Assembly (NCBI GenBank): GCA_038087875.1
Contig: CM075986.1
Coordinates: forward strand, 7,750,001 to 7,813,864
DNA length: 63,864 bases
Direction: 5' to 3'
Source: Malacoraja senta
Lineage: Eukaryota
A model generated the notes under the pieces. That model was not told the DNA's origin. It did not search any database and saw nothing but the letters and a program-made list of their open reading frames with translations. This document shows, in pieces, positions 1 through 12,590 of this stretch (within the stretch, counting starts at the first letter, position 1; every line of letters begins with the position of its first letter). The translations under genes and the position numbers were made by a program.

Positions 1-1407
1 TCGACTACCCAAGCAAAATACCCAAGCTTGTCTCCTCACTATATTTACTGCTGACTCCAGTCGCAAATCTGAGTTTTCGAGTGATCTGTGCAAGGTATTC
101 ATTGATGCTGGAATTCCACTGTGGAAATTGGAAAACAAATCTCTCAGAGGTTTTTTAGAGAAATGCACAGAGGAACATATACCAAGCGAGTCATCATCAA
201 AAAATTATGTTGACAGCAACTTCAACATTGTTGTGCAAAAAATTAGAGATGAAGTTGCATGTAATGAAATATGGATCTCAATAGACGAGACAACTGATGC
301 TGTGATGAGATATGTTGCCAATGTGGTCATCGGTACACTGGAGGCTGGTCAACCATCAAAGGAGTATTTGTTGACATCAGAAGTATTGGAGAAGTCAAAC
401 AGCTCAACTATTGCTCAGTTGTTTACATATTCACTTTGGCCAGAAGGTATAAAACATGAGAATATTCTGTTTGTAACTGATGCAGCTCCGTACATGAAAA
501 AAGCTGCTCGTGCTCTTAAAGTTTTATTTCCCAAAATGTTGCATTTGTTGCTCAAGAACTTCATAGAATTGTCAAGCACAGATTGCCTAGTTTCCAATGT
601 CAAGAAAATCTTCCTCAAAGCACCGTCATGTGTGCAGTTATTCAAGGAAATGGCACCCGAGATTCCGCTACCTCCTCAGACCATTTTGACTAGGATCTCT
701 GCCGTACTCTACTATGCTGCAAATTTTGAAAAGATAAAAGAAATCGTCAACTGTTTTGAAGAATCTGCTGCAGTCAGGATCGTCAGTGAAATCATGCCGA
801 CAAAGTTCCTCCACCGCGATCCTGTGTTTATTTGCTTCCAATTTTGCAAACTTCCCACAAGCTATCACTTCCCTTGAGAAACGTGTTGAAACATTAGTGA
901 ATAACTTGCAGGTTTTCAACAAAGTAACTGACGATATTCGTAAAATTCCTGGCGATGTAGGTAAAGATATACAAGGAAAATGTGAGTGATTTTAGCTAAC
1001 AAAGGTCTTGAAGAAATACAAAACAGCCAAAATTCTCAAAGGTAGTTGCACAAGATATCGGCATGAATATAGAGTCTGTTGCTTGTTTCGGGTATGCACT
1101 AGTGACCTCAGCTGAGGTAGAAAGAAGTTTTTCACAACTGAAGCATATTCTGTCTGACAGACGGCATAGTTTAACACCAGATAATTTGAAATATATGCTA
1201 GTAATTATGTGCAACCAGGCAACTTTGGTCATTTAATGTAGAATATCTATATATTATCATTTTCAACCATATTTTGGTGGTGGAAATACATGCCTTTTTA
1301 TGCCTTTTTTGTCAATAAATGCCATTTTCGTGCCTTTTTTGTAATTTTATTATGCCTTTTTGCCTGCCTATTTCAGAGTTTTTTAGCGCCTAAACATCCA
1401 GGCTCTA
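1..1407 (+). mobile_element. hAT-superfamily DNA transposon remnant (CGGBP1/DUF659-like transposase), right end; left end outside the window
   Basis: ORF 128-877 carries hAT catalytic motifs WISIDETTD and LFVTDAAPYMKKA. A downstream frame (~1095-1220) reads VTSAEVERSFSQLKHILSDRRHSL, the hAT C-terminal dimerisation motif. Subterminal TGCCTTTT repeats lie at 1291-1370, and a TIR-like end ...CATCCAGGCTCTA stops at 1407. Confidence 0.85.
128..1235 (+). pseudogene. Frameshifted hAT transposase
   Basis: Homology is split across ORFs 128-877, 756-989 and a third frame ending at TAA ~1235, with small deletions (the CxxH region is missing). Confidence 0.8.
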
Positions 1408-2079
1408 CTCATGACCTTTTAACCTGAATTAAAGTGACTATCATTTTTTCTGTATCACTTGGATATGGTGAATTTTTTGGTTTTTATTTGATTAGACTGT
1501 CATGGTGACTGTCATCGTTACTACAACAATTGGTAAATAGTTAACTCTACTCTTAAAATATCTATCTCCAGCCCACTTAACCTTAGTCTTTTTCCCCAAT
1601 GGAATTTGACCTGAAATATATATGTATGAGTGGTTTTCTACATCGACGAAGATATTATGATAATCAAAAATTGTTAATTTTAAGTTACTGCTGACATTTT
1701 AAGTGAATAAAGCAAAAGACATGACATTATTTGCTGGAAGATTTGTAATCCTTATCAATAATCTATAATAACTGAAGTGAGTTGTGCCATAGTGAATTGA
1801 TGTTACGGAAGATAAGGAGTTTGCTCCAGTCTTAATCCTTCAGCGGAATGTTACTACTCATTCATTTGAATGACATATATCTATTGTAGATGTTTCTTGA
1901 CGTGAATTATTAATCTTTATTTTTCTAACAAATAAGCTGTAGACTAAGTGTAAGAGGTAAGATTTCAATTTGATTTATTTCCCATCTCTGTCATTGCAGT
2001 GCCATTATTTGCAATACTGTTCTATAGGATGTATTTAAAAAAAATAATATTAAGGTTAAAGTCATCATGGCAAGACAGT

Positions 2080-2320
2080 GATGGTGACCCATTTGCAGAA
2101 CACCTACATTATGTCCTCAATAGCTTTTGTGAATTCCTGGTGGCATGCTAGTTTAACTCCATTCCCATTCCTACACTGACCGATCTTTCATCAACCTTCA
2201 GCACTGCCAGGGTGAGGACCAATGCAAACTAGAGGAACAACACCACATTTTCTGTCTAGATAGTCAACGGTACAACCCAATGCTACAAACATTTGAATTT
2301 TACAATTTTAGGTTACCTTT
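2080..2320 (+). mobile_element. Penelope-like element GIY-YIG endonuclease relic
   Basis: Degenerate translation GDPFAEHL...FLVAC*FNS..HSYTD...HCQGEDQCKLEEQHHIF, the same domain as at 36865-36980. Confidence 0.7.
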
Positions 2321-2468
2321 ACCTCCTGTGATTCCACTCCCTCTGTGTTTCCACTCCCTCTCTTTACTTCAGATCAATTTTTGGTCCTTCCATCTTTGTT
2401 CCCAATCCCATGCTCTAGCCAAGCATCACCCATTTTTGTCCACGTGGAATTTGCACATGGAATAAATT

Positions 2469-3428
2469 CATATAGAAACATAGAAAATAAGTGCAGGAGT
2501 ATGCCATTCGGCCCTTCGAACCGGCACCACCATTCAATATGATCATGGCTGATCATCCAAAATCAGAGCCCTGTTTCTGCTTTCTCCCCATATCCCTTGA
2601 TTCCGTTAGCCCTAAGGGCACTATCTAACTCTCTCTTGAATACATCCAGTGAATTGGCCTCCACTGCCTTCTGTGGCAGAGAATTCCACAGATTCACAAC
2701 TCTCTGGGTGAAACCATTTTTCCTCATCTCAGAACTAAATGGCCGACCCCTTATTCTTAAACTCTGATCCCCTAACATCGAGAACATTTTCCCTGCATCT
2801 AGCCTGTCTAATCCTCTAAGAATTTTATATGTTTCTATAAGATCCCCTCTCATCCTTCTAAATTCCAGTGTCTATGAGCCCAGTCAATCCATTCTTTCAT
2901 CATATGTCAGTCCCGCCATCCCGGGAATTAGCCTGGTGAACCTACGCCGCACTCCTCAATAGCAAGAATGTCCTGCCTCAAATTAGGAGACCAAAACTGC
3001 ACACAATACTCCAAGTGTGGTCTCACCAGGGCACCGCACAACTGCAGTAGGACCTCCTTGCTCCTATACTCAAATCCTTTCGCTATGAAGGCCAACATGC
3101 CATTTGCATTTTTCACTGCATGCTGTACCCGCATGCTTACTTTCAGTGACTGATGTACAAGCACATCTAGGTCTTGTTGCACCTCGCCTTCTAATCTGAC
3201 ACCATTCAGATAATAATCTGCCTTCTTGTTCTTGCCACCAAAGTGGATAACCTCACATTTATCCACATTAAACTGCATCTGCCATGCATCTGCTCACTCA
3301 CCCAACCTATCCAAGTCACCCCGCAGCCTCATAGCATCCTCCTTGCAGCTCACACTGCCACCCAGGTTTGTGTCATCCGCAGACTTAGAGATGTTACATT
3401 TAATTCTCTCGTCTAAATTGTTAATATC
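2469..3428 (-). mobile_element. CR1 LINE 3' portion (RT C-terminus and 3' UTR)
   Basis: ORFs 2928-3278 (QFNVDKCEVIHFG...[15 protein letters not shown]) and 2563-2853 ([11 protein letters not shown]...VVNLWNSLP), with an ATAGAAAC tail at ~2470-2485. Confidence 0.95.
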
Positions 3429-4219
3429 TCCTATTGTAAATAGCTGGAGTTACTGCACTGGAATATGTTTGGATATTCCTCAGTGGGTAGTTCCAACAAA
3501 ATTAATATATATTTTTTCTTGTTAGAGTTTGCATGCAAGACTACATTTATGCTGGTCAAACTGTTGACTATCTTTTGATAGCAAGAAAGATGTTCAAAAT
3601 ATCTTCTACGTTTTTTGAAGTTAATCCGTTGAAAGCCTCTGAAACTATTTATTGCTCCGAATGAAATTGTTGTATGTTGCACACTGCATCAGGGATTCTA
3701 AAAACACTACAGGTTGGAAACTGTATTTTTTCTGCCAAATGATTCATCTGCTGGTTGAACTTGTGTTTTGCAATGGGCTTCTCAGAAGACACTCAATCGT
3801 GTATGGATTTTAGTTGTTTTCATGCCAAGTTGGCAATGATCTGATGACTGGTTTGCAGCCATGCTGCATTGTTGTCAATTACCATTCACTGTTTTTAATT
3901 GTGCTTTCTTATCATGAACTAATGCTAACCCTGAACAAATAGTCCACCAATATATTGTATTATGCACTTTGGCCTACTTTTGAAGAATTTTCATAACCTT
4001 TGTTTGATCCATAACAAAATAGCTTCCTTGTCATAAATTTAACAAAAACATGAGTTTGGGATTTGTTGATCGGTTGGTTGCATTACATGATCTAACTGTT
4101 ACACTAATTCCTTCCTGATCAAAGGACCTCCAAAATTGTGCTTTGCTTTTTGAATTTTTGTAGTCGCAGGCAGTGATTTATTGTCCGGATTTAGCCTGTA
4201 GCTTCAAGGATTGAAAACA

Positions 4220-4600
4220 GATAGAACATAGAATATGGAGAAGTACAACGCAGGAACAGGCCCTTTGGCTCACGATGTCTGTGCCAACCATGATTAAACT
4301 AATCCACCTGCTGGGTCAAAGCCCTTTATTCCCTGCATGTTCATGTATCTATGTAAAAGCCTTTTAAATGTTGCCATTGAATTTGCTTCTACCCCCCCCC
4401 CGCCCCAGAAACACATTTCATGCTTCAACCATTCTCTGTGTAAAAAAAAATCTTGACGGACAAATCTTTAAATTTCTATCCCCCCACCCTCTCTCCAGTC
4501 ATCTTTAGATGGTTGACGTTTCCATCTTAGAGAAAAATGGGGAAAATGCTCTGACTATCTACACTTCCTATGCCTTTCTTAATTTTACATAATTCCAATA
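4220..4600 (-). mobile_element. Old CR1 3' end fragment
   Basis: ATAGAAC tail followed by GGAACAGGCCCTTTGGC and degenerate CR1 3' UTR. Confidence 0.7.
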
Positions 4601-5064
4601 GGGATATTAGTGTTTATTGATTATATAGCACTTTTTTCAGCATTGCACATTGAAAATTGAGTTTACCCGGAGTGAAACTAGCTACCAGTTCAGTTCCTTT
4701 CGTGACCATACACTTCCTGGAGTGATTCAACCTTTTGGTCTTGACATAATTACTGTGTTATTTGCATGACGTCATTCCCTGAACCGTTGCTCCTACAAAT
4801 CTCTAGCTTTGATTAATTATCCTGGGATAGATTGTCATTGAACAGTTAATTCAACTTGTTATTTATTAAATCTTCATGCCACCTTCTCCTCTGTCTCTAC
4901 TCAGAATTTTCACTGCCCTCCATTCAACCACTTGGGTGCTGATCCAGTCCTGGGCCCTGAACTTGGCCTATGGCAGATGGTCCTCTCTCCCCATCGACTA
5001 CCCAGGATTTAGTCCTGGCAGCACATTTTCATAAACCTGTGCAACTCCCTTTCAGTTGCGACTA

Positions 5065-5345
5065 AAGCAATGACGCAGCATTAGAGCTGCAGCGCCAGAG
5101 ATCAAGGTTTGATTCTGATTACGGGTTTTGTATGTGTGGAGTTTGTACATACTCCCTGTGACTGCATGGTTTTTCTCAGGGTGCTCCGGTTTCCTCCATC
5201 ATTCCAAAGACATGCAGGTTTGTAGGTAAATTGCCCCTAGTTTGTAGGATGTGAACGTGCGGTAACAGGGAACTTGTGTACAGATGATCGATGTGGCCTC
5301 GGTGGGCGAAGGGCCTGTTTCCACGTTGTGTCTCTAAAGTAACCT
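5065..5345 (+). mobile_element. tRNA-derived V-SINE/HE1-type SINE
   Basis: Box-B-like GGTTTGATTC, central GTGTGGAGTTTGTAC...GGGTGCTCCGGTTTCCTCC, CR1-like tail GGGCGAAGGGCCTGTTTCC. Homologous to the 27625 and 57878 copies. Confidence 0.85.
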
Positions 5346-7027
5346 TAAAAAACAAAAATATAGCTACAGTGCTGGTGGTGTGGTGAAGTATGCTGCTAAA
5401 ATCATCCAATGATTTCATTTAACTTATCTGTATTTGGTAAACCAGAATGGCAGCCTTTACTTTTAGTTTGTCAGCAAAGACATTAGAGTCTGCCATTAGC
5501 TAAGCTGACTTTGATTCTCCAGGGTGACTCTGACCTGATATTTACTTTGGCAGACAGGGTAGACGTTCAGATGGATGAATCCATCTACAGCTTGCTGCCT
5601 GTGATCACCAATAAGATTTGATAGGTGAAGTGTAAACCTTGCCTGTACTATATTGTTTAAAAAAACAAACTGTAGTATTACAAGCAAACTAGAAAATGTC
5701 CCACCATTCCCTCTAACCCCCCCTCCCCCGCCCCCCTTCACCTTGAATCCAAAAATTGGCTAAGAGAATAGATACTAATCCAAATTGGGCCAAGATTTAA
5801 ACATGAAAAGTGCATGAAAAAAATAGAACAACTAATTTTCAAGTCCCTTCTTGGCAGAAGTTGCCAACTTCTGGTGCTACTTTCCATTTTTGCTCTTTTG
5901 GCTCTATGACAACTGTTAACTTGCATTTCAGCTCTCAACGAAACTGCAGGTTATAATTTGCATCGCCACCACCAGATGAAAATATTGCCAGAAACAATGA
6001 GTGGAAGATGATATTTTAAATAACTTTGATATTTGTTTTAAGAAGATGTAGAAATTCAGTTCTTGGTGTGCAATTCCACATGACAATATGATACCAGTAC
6101 ACTGTAATAACAAAGGATCACTGTGAACTGTATGGTTACAAAATGCCGACTATTGCTTTGTGCTGAATAGTTGCACTTGTGGCTGTTTGCCTCATGAAGT
6201 TATATCCCCCCTGTGAGAGAAAACAAGCATTCTACTCAGTGCTTGGAATTCCACAAACTACCCTTCAACTAGACTCAAATTTTGTTTTTAATGGAGTACA
6301 TTCATGTGATGATGAAATGTCTTTCCTATCCTGTGGGAAACCATTGTGGTGGGGTCAGGCAGGACAAAGTAGGGATCTTGCTGAGTTCACATGTGAAGAA
6401 TTAGGCCATAGTATAATAATTGTTCAGTGTGAATGTTGAAGATGGTGCTGGTTAGGATTGGGTGGGGTGGGGGCGGTGCACAGAATGTTTCAGTCCAGTT
6501 GGCTGCAGAGATTATGAGCTGGATAGCTTGTAATATTCTTTACAGTGAAGACCAGATACTTGTACTATGCTTGATAAGGGTGTCATTGCTGAAAGTTGGC
6601 CAGGAATGTGTCCCGTGCTCTGTTGAAAACTAAAGAACATTTTCAAAAATGGTCTTGAGAATATCTTCTGAGTAATTCTTGAATAAACAAACGCTTTATC
6701 ATAATGACATTTTCCTTTATTTGTATTACCACAGTGATCAATTATTTTTGAATATTTTACATTTAAGTTAGCCATGATTTCCACTTCTGTGCTAGTTAAC
6801 ATAAGATGACTTTCCCCTGTACTGTAACCTCCTAGTAAGTGGTTATAAGTATAGTTTTAGAATATGAAAAAAAATTGATGCTTTAAAAAACAAAAAGGTT
6901 TTCCATCTTGGTTGTTTTGTTTTTTTCTTGTCATTCATTTTCTGTAGCTCTGTATGTCCCACTCTGGTTTGTTTTGATCTCCCTCTATGTTGCATTCTCT
7001 GCTTTGCTTTCTACTTATGTTTTTTTA

Positions 7028-7247
7028 AATTAGTTTAGAGATACGATGTGAAAACAGGGCCTTCTGCCACCGTGTCCGTGCCGACCATGATCATCAGTAC
7101 ACTAGTTCTATCCTAGTTTTACAGAAGCAAAGAGACCTTCAAACTTGCATTTCTTTTGGAGTGTGGGAGGAAACCAGAGCACCCATCGTCAAGATCGAAC
7201 CCGGGCGCTGTAAGGCAGCAACTCTACCGCCGCGCCACTGTGCCGCA
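7028..7247 (-). mobile_element. V-SINE/HE1-type SINE, internally deleted
   Basis: Reverse complement reads GCGGCACAGTGGCGCGGCGGTAGAGTTGCTGCCTTACAGCGCC...GGTTCGATC and ends in a CTAAA tail. Confidence 0.85.
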
Positions 7248-7427
7248 CATATTTACTCTGTGAATGTTACTGCACATGACTAGTACATTTTTATTCTTAT
7301 TGGCAGGAAGGCTTAACATCGGCTCTACGGCTTGTGGATTGAAAATGTTGGTGTTCTGAATGTTCATGAAAATGGCTGCAGTTTTACTTTTTCACTCCAT
7401 AATGTAACTTTGGAACATTTTTTTTAG

Positions 7428-7495
7428 AAAATAATTTATCAGCAAGATTGCCCATGCACGGAATGTGGCATGATTTTCAGTTTGACTATTTCTTG
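7428..7495 (+). other. Candidate 68-nt exon of an unidentified host gene (open frame NNLSARLPMHGMWHDFQFDYFL)
   Basis: T9-AG acceptor at 7426-7427 and TTG|GTATGG donor at 7496, in non-repeat sequence. No homology recognised. Confidence 0.3.
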
Positions 7496-7592
7496 GTATG
7501 GTTTGAGTAAAAAGTGACAGCCTATGATATTCTGCAAGTCTGGTGTAATTTGGGAGTTATTGCCTTCGTACGTTGAACTTGCAGTTCAGTAA

Positions 7593-7899
7593 AGGGCCTG
7601 TCCCACTTACGCGATTTTTTCCGGCGACTGCCGGCACCCGTCATAGTCGCAGCAGGTCGCCGAAAATTTTCAACATGTTGAAAATCCAGCGGCGACCAGA
7701 AAAAGGTACGACTCTTTGGGCGACTACTCAAGTCCATACAGGCATCACCCCGCGACATGTCGACACGTGACCCCTGTTTAGTCGTGAGTAGTCGCCCAAA
7801 GAGTCGTACCTTTTTCTCTTGAAAATTTTCGGCGACCTGCTGCGACTATGACGGGTGCCAGCAAGTCGCCGAAAAAATCAGGTGAGTGGGACAGGCTCT
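7593..7899. mobile_element. PIF/Harbinger-type MITE, long foldback
   Basis: TIRs AGGGCCTGTCCCACT / AGTGGGACAGGCTCT, TAA target duplication at 7590-7592 and 7900-7902, and arms complementary over more than 100 bp. Confidence 0.9.
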
Positions 7900-9462
7900 T
7901 AAGAAAGAAGTTGGAACTTCCGAGAATGCAGCAGTTTCATGTTGAACCGGGCTAATATTGTAACAATTAATATATTTTCACTTTTCACTATCTCAGTACA
8001 CTTGACAATAATATACCAAAGCCAAAAATAAATTTTGTGCATTTTTAATGTTAGATTTTGTTTAGAGATTGTGATTGGAAAAAGCATACAAAGAAAAGGC
8101 TATCTTATTGATTTGCCTTTCAGTTTTCATTATGGTTTCTGTTTTCTTCAATGACTTCTTCAGCTGTGTGGATGCTCTCAAATTCCTTGTTTAAACCTTT
8201 TATTACTTCAGGCTAGAATTTGTTCTAATTTAATTGAGTTTCCACAAAGCACTTTGGGATAGTTTACACCATTAAAGGCAATGATTAGCTATTCATGAGG
8301 AAGAACAGTTCAAATACACAACTTTATAGATTTGATTAAAATATTGAATGCATTTTTGAGGTTTATGGGAATTATCTAATTGGAAAAGTTTTTATGTTTA
8401 GGTAATTTTAGCTTGTCTATTAAATGTTGTGGCTATATAACTCGGCAGACAGTATACTGAAGGAAAAACTTTCTCCTGTGCTCCTGGCAAAGCCCATGAG
8501 CACATTTGAAAATTATGTCCTAGGGGTGTGTGATTTTTCTTTCCGTTATTTACAAGGACAGAAAGTTTACCTATAAATCCTTTGAGACAAGAAAATAAAA
8601 TAGGATCTGGCTGACTGCAAATGGAAAAAAAGCCAACGCTTTAGAGTGTCATAGAAAATATCTGATGTCCAGGAACATGGTGATTTAAAGGAAGTTCAAG
8701 ACCAAACCCCAGAAGACAGTCATACAGCACGGGAACAAAAAACTCTTCAGCCCGCATGTTTTCAGTTTTCTAGAGGTGCTATAAATCGTTTTATTTCTAA
8801 CTATCAATATCCTTTGACATCCTGGATCTAGGCCTTGTATTTTGCCATTCCAGAAGCATGTTCCTGTACTCGCTCTCAAGAATTAAGACTCACTTACATT
8901 TTTGACTGACTCCCAGTGGTTGCGTGAACATTTACCTGCAAGCAGCTGCTCCCAGTCCACTTTTGTTAGGTCTTTTATGTTGAAATCAACCTTTCCTTAA
9001 TCAGGATTTGAATTACCAGTCTATCCTTGTCTTTCTCCATAATAACATTTTAAACTTATGGTTTCTGTCACTGAAATGCTGCTCCATTGATATTCTTTTC
9101 TCTTATCTAGCCATTTCCCCAAATAATAGATCGAGTACTATCCCTTCTGTGGTGGGGCTATCCATATACTGGCACAATAGGTGCTCCTGGAAGCACTTTA
9201 ACAATTCTGACTTTTTCCAAACTTTTTTAACTTTGGCCAACTCAGTTAGTGCTGGGGAGTGAGATTTTCTACTGGCATTTGACTATCGTTTTTACACGAG
9301 TGATTTGCTTGCATATCTGCTCCCCTGTCATCCACATAGGTATATAGTAAAGCCCCAGAAAAATGATCACACCCTTTTGTTTCTAAGTTCCACCCATGTA
9401 CCTCATTTGAAGAAGCTTCTATAATATCCTCTGTTCTTATTGTCCTGAAGATTCCACTCCAG

Positions 9463-9556
9463 AGTCTGAAAAAGGGTCTCGATCTGAAACAGCATCTATC
9501 CATCTTCTCCAGAGATGCTTCCTGACCTGCTGAGTTACTCCCCTGCTTTGTGTTTT
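9463..9556 (+). mobile_element. Penelope-derived short repeat with decayed minimal hammerhead motif
   Basis: CTGAAAAAGGGTCTCGATCTGAAAC...AGAGATGCTTCCTGACCTGCTGAGTTACTCC matches the unit at 37075-37170. Confidence 0.8.
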
Positions 9557-12368
9557 TCCATATCCTGGAATGCTATTATCATACCTACCCAGCTTTTCAA
9601 CAACATCTGTGATAGTCGCAGTGTTACATTCCCATGCTTTAATCAGCATCCTCAGTCCATCTGTATTACTGTTGCACTCCTTGCATGAAAATAGTTGCAT
9701 TCCAGCCATATGTTCCATCCCATGTGCCCTGCAGACTAGACTGACTTAATTTGTATTCTGTTATTGGCTATTTCTCGACTCCTACAATGTCTCAGTACCC
9801 TGTCCACTGGATTAAATTAATTTTCCTTTTATTTCCTTGTATGTTCCTCATTCCCAACTCCTCCTCTGTGTCCCATTCTTCTGCCAGATTAGTTTATAAC
9901 AGCACGAGCAATCCCACACTTTTTGGACCTGTTTTGTTTAGATGTAACTGACCTTCTCAAGAAACAGTCCCAGTGATCTAGCAATCTAAACTCTTCCTTC
10001 TTGGATGATAGCTTCCAACTAAGCAGTCATCTGACCTTTCCTATTCCAAAATTCAGAATGCCGTGCGATCATTCTGTGACATCCTTAAACGTGATGTCAG
10101 AGAGACCCCGAATTCATGTTTACAGAGCGCCTGTCTATTCCTCTCACACCCAAGGCTCCCGGCGCTGTTGATCTTTGAATCTTACTCATGGCCCTATATA
10201 TAGCTGAGTCACCCACAGTACTGTGCACCAGCCTCTTCATACCTACCTCCGCTTCACACGTACCTCCTCACAAATCCCCTGTGGTCCCAGCTGCAAACTA
10301 TGCTCCTGTCTAACCCCTGGTCCTGGCGGCACAAGTGGTTCACATTTCTAACCCTAGCTCCAGCTGCCCAACTATTCCACAATGCCATCATCCTTCCTGA
10401 CTCCTGGCTCTGATCTACCCAGGTTCCCAAATCCTACCTGCTGCTGTTTACTGATCCTGGACTCAGACCACATACCTTGGATGCTTTCTCGTCCTTAGCT
10501 CTTTCTGCACACTTACCCTATCTCTGATTGCACACCTACCCATGTTCCCAAGCCCCTGAAGGGCTACAGGCCCGGCAGCCGTGTAGGGTTGGGGAGAGAT
10601 GGAACATTACAGGGATTTGAAGCCAAGGCAGCAATTTAAAAAAAATTGAGGGGTCCCAGAATTCATTGTAGATGAACAAGTAGGGGACTTGAAGTGATTT
10701 TTGGACAGAAACATCAGGGTTTTTGAAGATCCAAAGTTTACGTAAGAAGAAGAAAAAAGACTGAGGTGTGCACAAGGATAGTTGAGTCACTAAATAGTTG
10801 AATGTTAAATGCAGTCACCATGTTAATCATAACAACAATCACAAAAATGATATATTGCTTAAGTTAACTCTTCTTTACCCTTGTGTTTGACAAAATTAAC
10901 AAATGAGTGGCTGTGTAAGTCCTGGAGAAAGGATGGAATGTATAGTTGGAGCACAGGAATTAGGAATTCTTCTAGAATAGTGTTAATTTGCAACTATTTC
11001 TAACTCGGCACATTCTTAATATGATTCTTTGTTTAGTGAAATGTATCTTAGAAAGCATCACTTTGTTCTGAGAAGCAAAAGCTGTGGGTATACTTGGCAC
11101 TATTAACAAAACGTTTCTAAACTCTTGAATGTGGCTGATCCAAGGACTATTAAATCAGAACTTTTGCAGCTGGGTTTATAGAGCAGAGAATTAATTTCTA
11201 CATAATGGAAACTTAAAAAGATAGAAAATAGAAACAGAAGTCCTTTGAGACGAGTGCACCATTGAACATAATCATGGCTGATCACTCTTTCTGTTCCTAC
11301 CTTCTACATGTGTCCTCCTGTTCTTTTAGCATTAAGACATACACCTACCTGAATATGTTCTTGAATATGTTTAATAACATGACCTCCACAGTCTTATGCA
11401 GTAAAGAGTTCAACGATTTGGTAAAGACATGCTCTGATTTCTATTCTAAATAACGTATTCTGTCCCCAGAAACTCTGATCCTGGTTCAGGACTTGGATTG
11501 GATTTGATCTCGTTTTGTGAATGGACCTAGTTAAGCAGTTTTCTTCATTGTGTTGTGGAATACTCAGTCTAAACAATAACGAAATAGAGCATTCCAAAGG
11601 TTCACAAATCTCTAAATAAATCTTTTTTTTCTTATCTCTGTACTAAATAGTTTGTTTATGATTTAGTCTGATTTCTTACTGAAATAAATACAAGGCCAAG
11701 GAATGTAATTTTTGACATTGTAATAAATGAACAGCGCCTATGGATGAATTTATTCATAGGCTAAGTCTTAGCCTAGTATATTAATAACAGACATTTGCAT
11801 TTGTGATCTGATCATTCCGAGGTCTGTTTGTATGAACCTTTTGTTTGTCCTGTTCTAATAGCTGCTACATACAATGATACATTCTTAATAATGATCACAA
11901 AGGACTAACCCTGTAAGTTCTGTTATCATATTAAATCCTTTTTTAAACAGCAAATAAGGGTTTTCTTTGAATCCACATATGCTTGGCGATGATATTGTTA
12001 CTTTTTGAATATCCTACATTTTGTTGGGGTTGAGGTTCTGCTAGCATAGTTAACAAGCACATTTATTGAATTTATGAGTAATTTCTAAGCAAAAATAATT
12101 TCTCTGGAATGTTTGACATTTATGGGGTTAACTATTAAAATTTCCAGGCTAAAGCTAGAACGGGGGTGGTAAGCAGAGGAGAAATAGTTTAGCGAGCAAC
12201 AAAAGAGCGTCAGATTTTTGAGGCTTTAATCATGGTTTATTTTGAGTGAACTTGGCGGTATTTAGGATCTTATGAAGACCTTGCCGCTAAAGGATCTTTC
12301 CTTCCCACGTAAGCAGCTGTCATGGTTTAGAAATGATGGGCACATCATATGACCTTCATTACACAATT

Positions 12369-12590
12369 GGGGGGGAGGGGAAGGGGAGGGGAGGGGGTGG
12401 CCGGAGCAGCGAATGTTGCCTTGTGATTTCAAGAGGCTATGTGAGCCATGCATTTGTTGAAATGCAGTCTGTTGTGTCCAGGCAGAGAAGCCCCATGGAG
12501 AGTGCAGTTGTATTTTTCGGTTTGTTGCAAGTTACAGGGTAAAAGTGATGGGACGTTAGGGCTTCAACCTGGGTGAATGGGATGGCTCAG
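12369..12590 (+). promoter_or_regulatory. Candidate alternative promoter and first exon ending ATG GCT CAG (M-A-Q)
   Basis: G-run SP/KLF-like box at 12369-12400, strong-Kozak GGGATGG with ATG at 12582, perfect CAG|GTAAGT donor at 12591, octamer ATTTGCAT at 12605. Confidence 0.45.
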
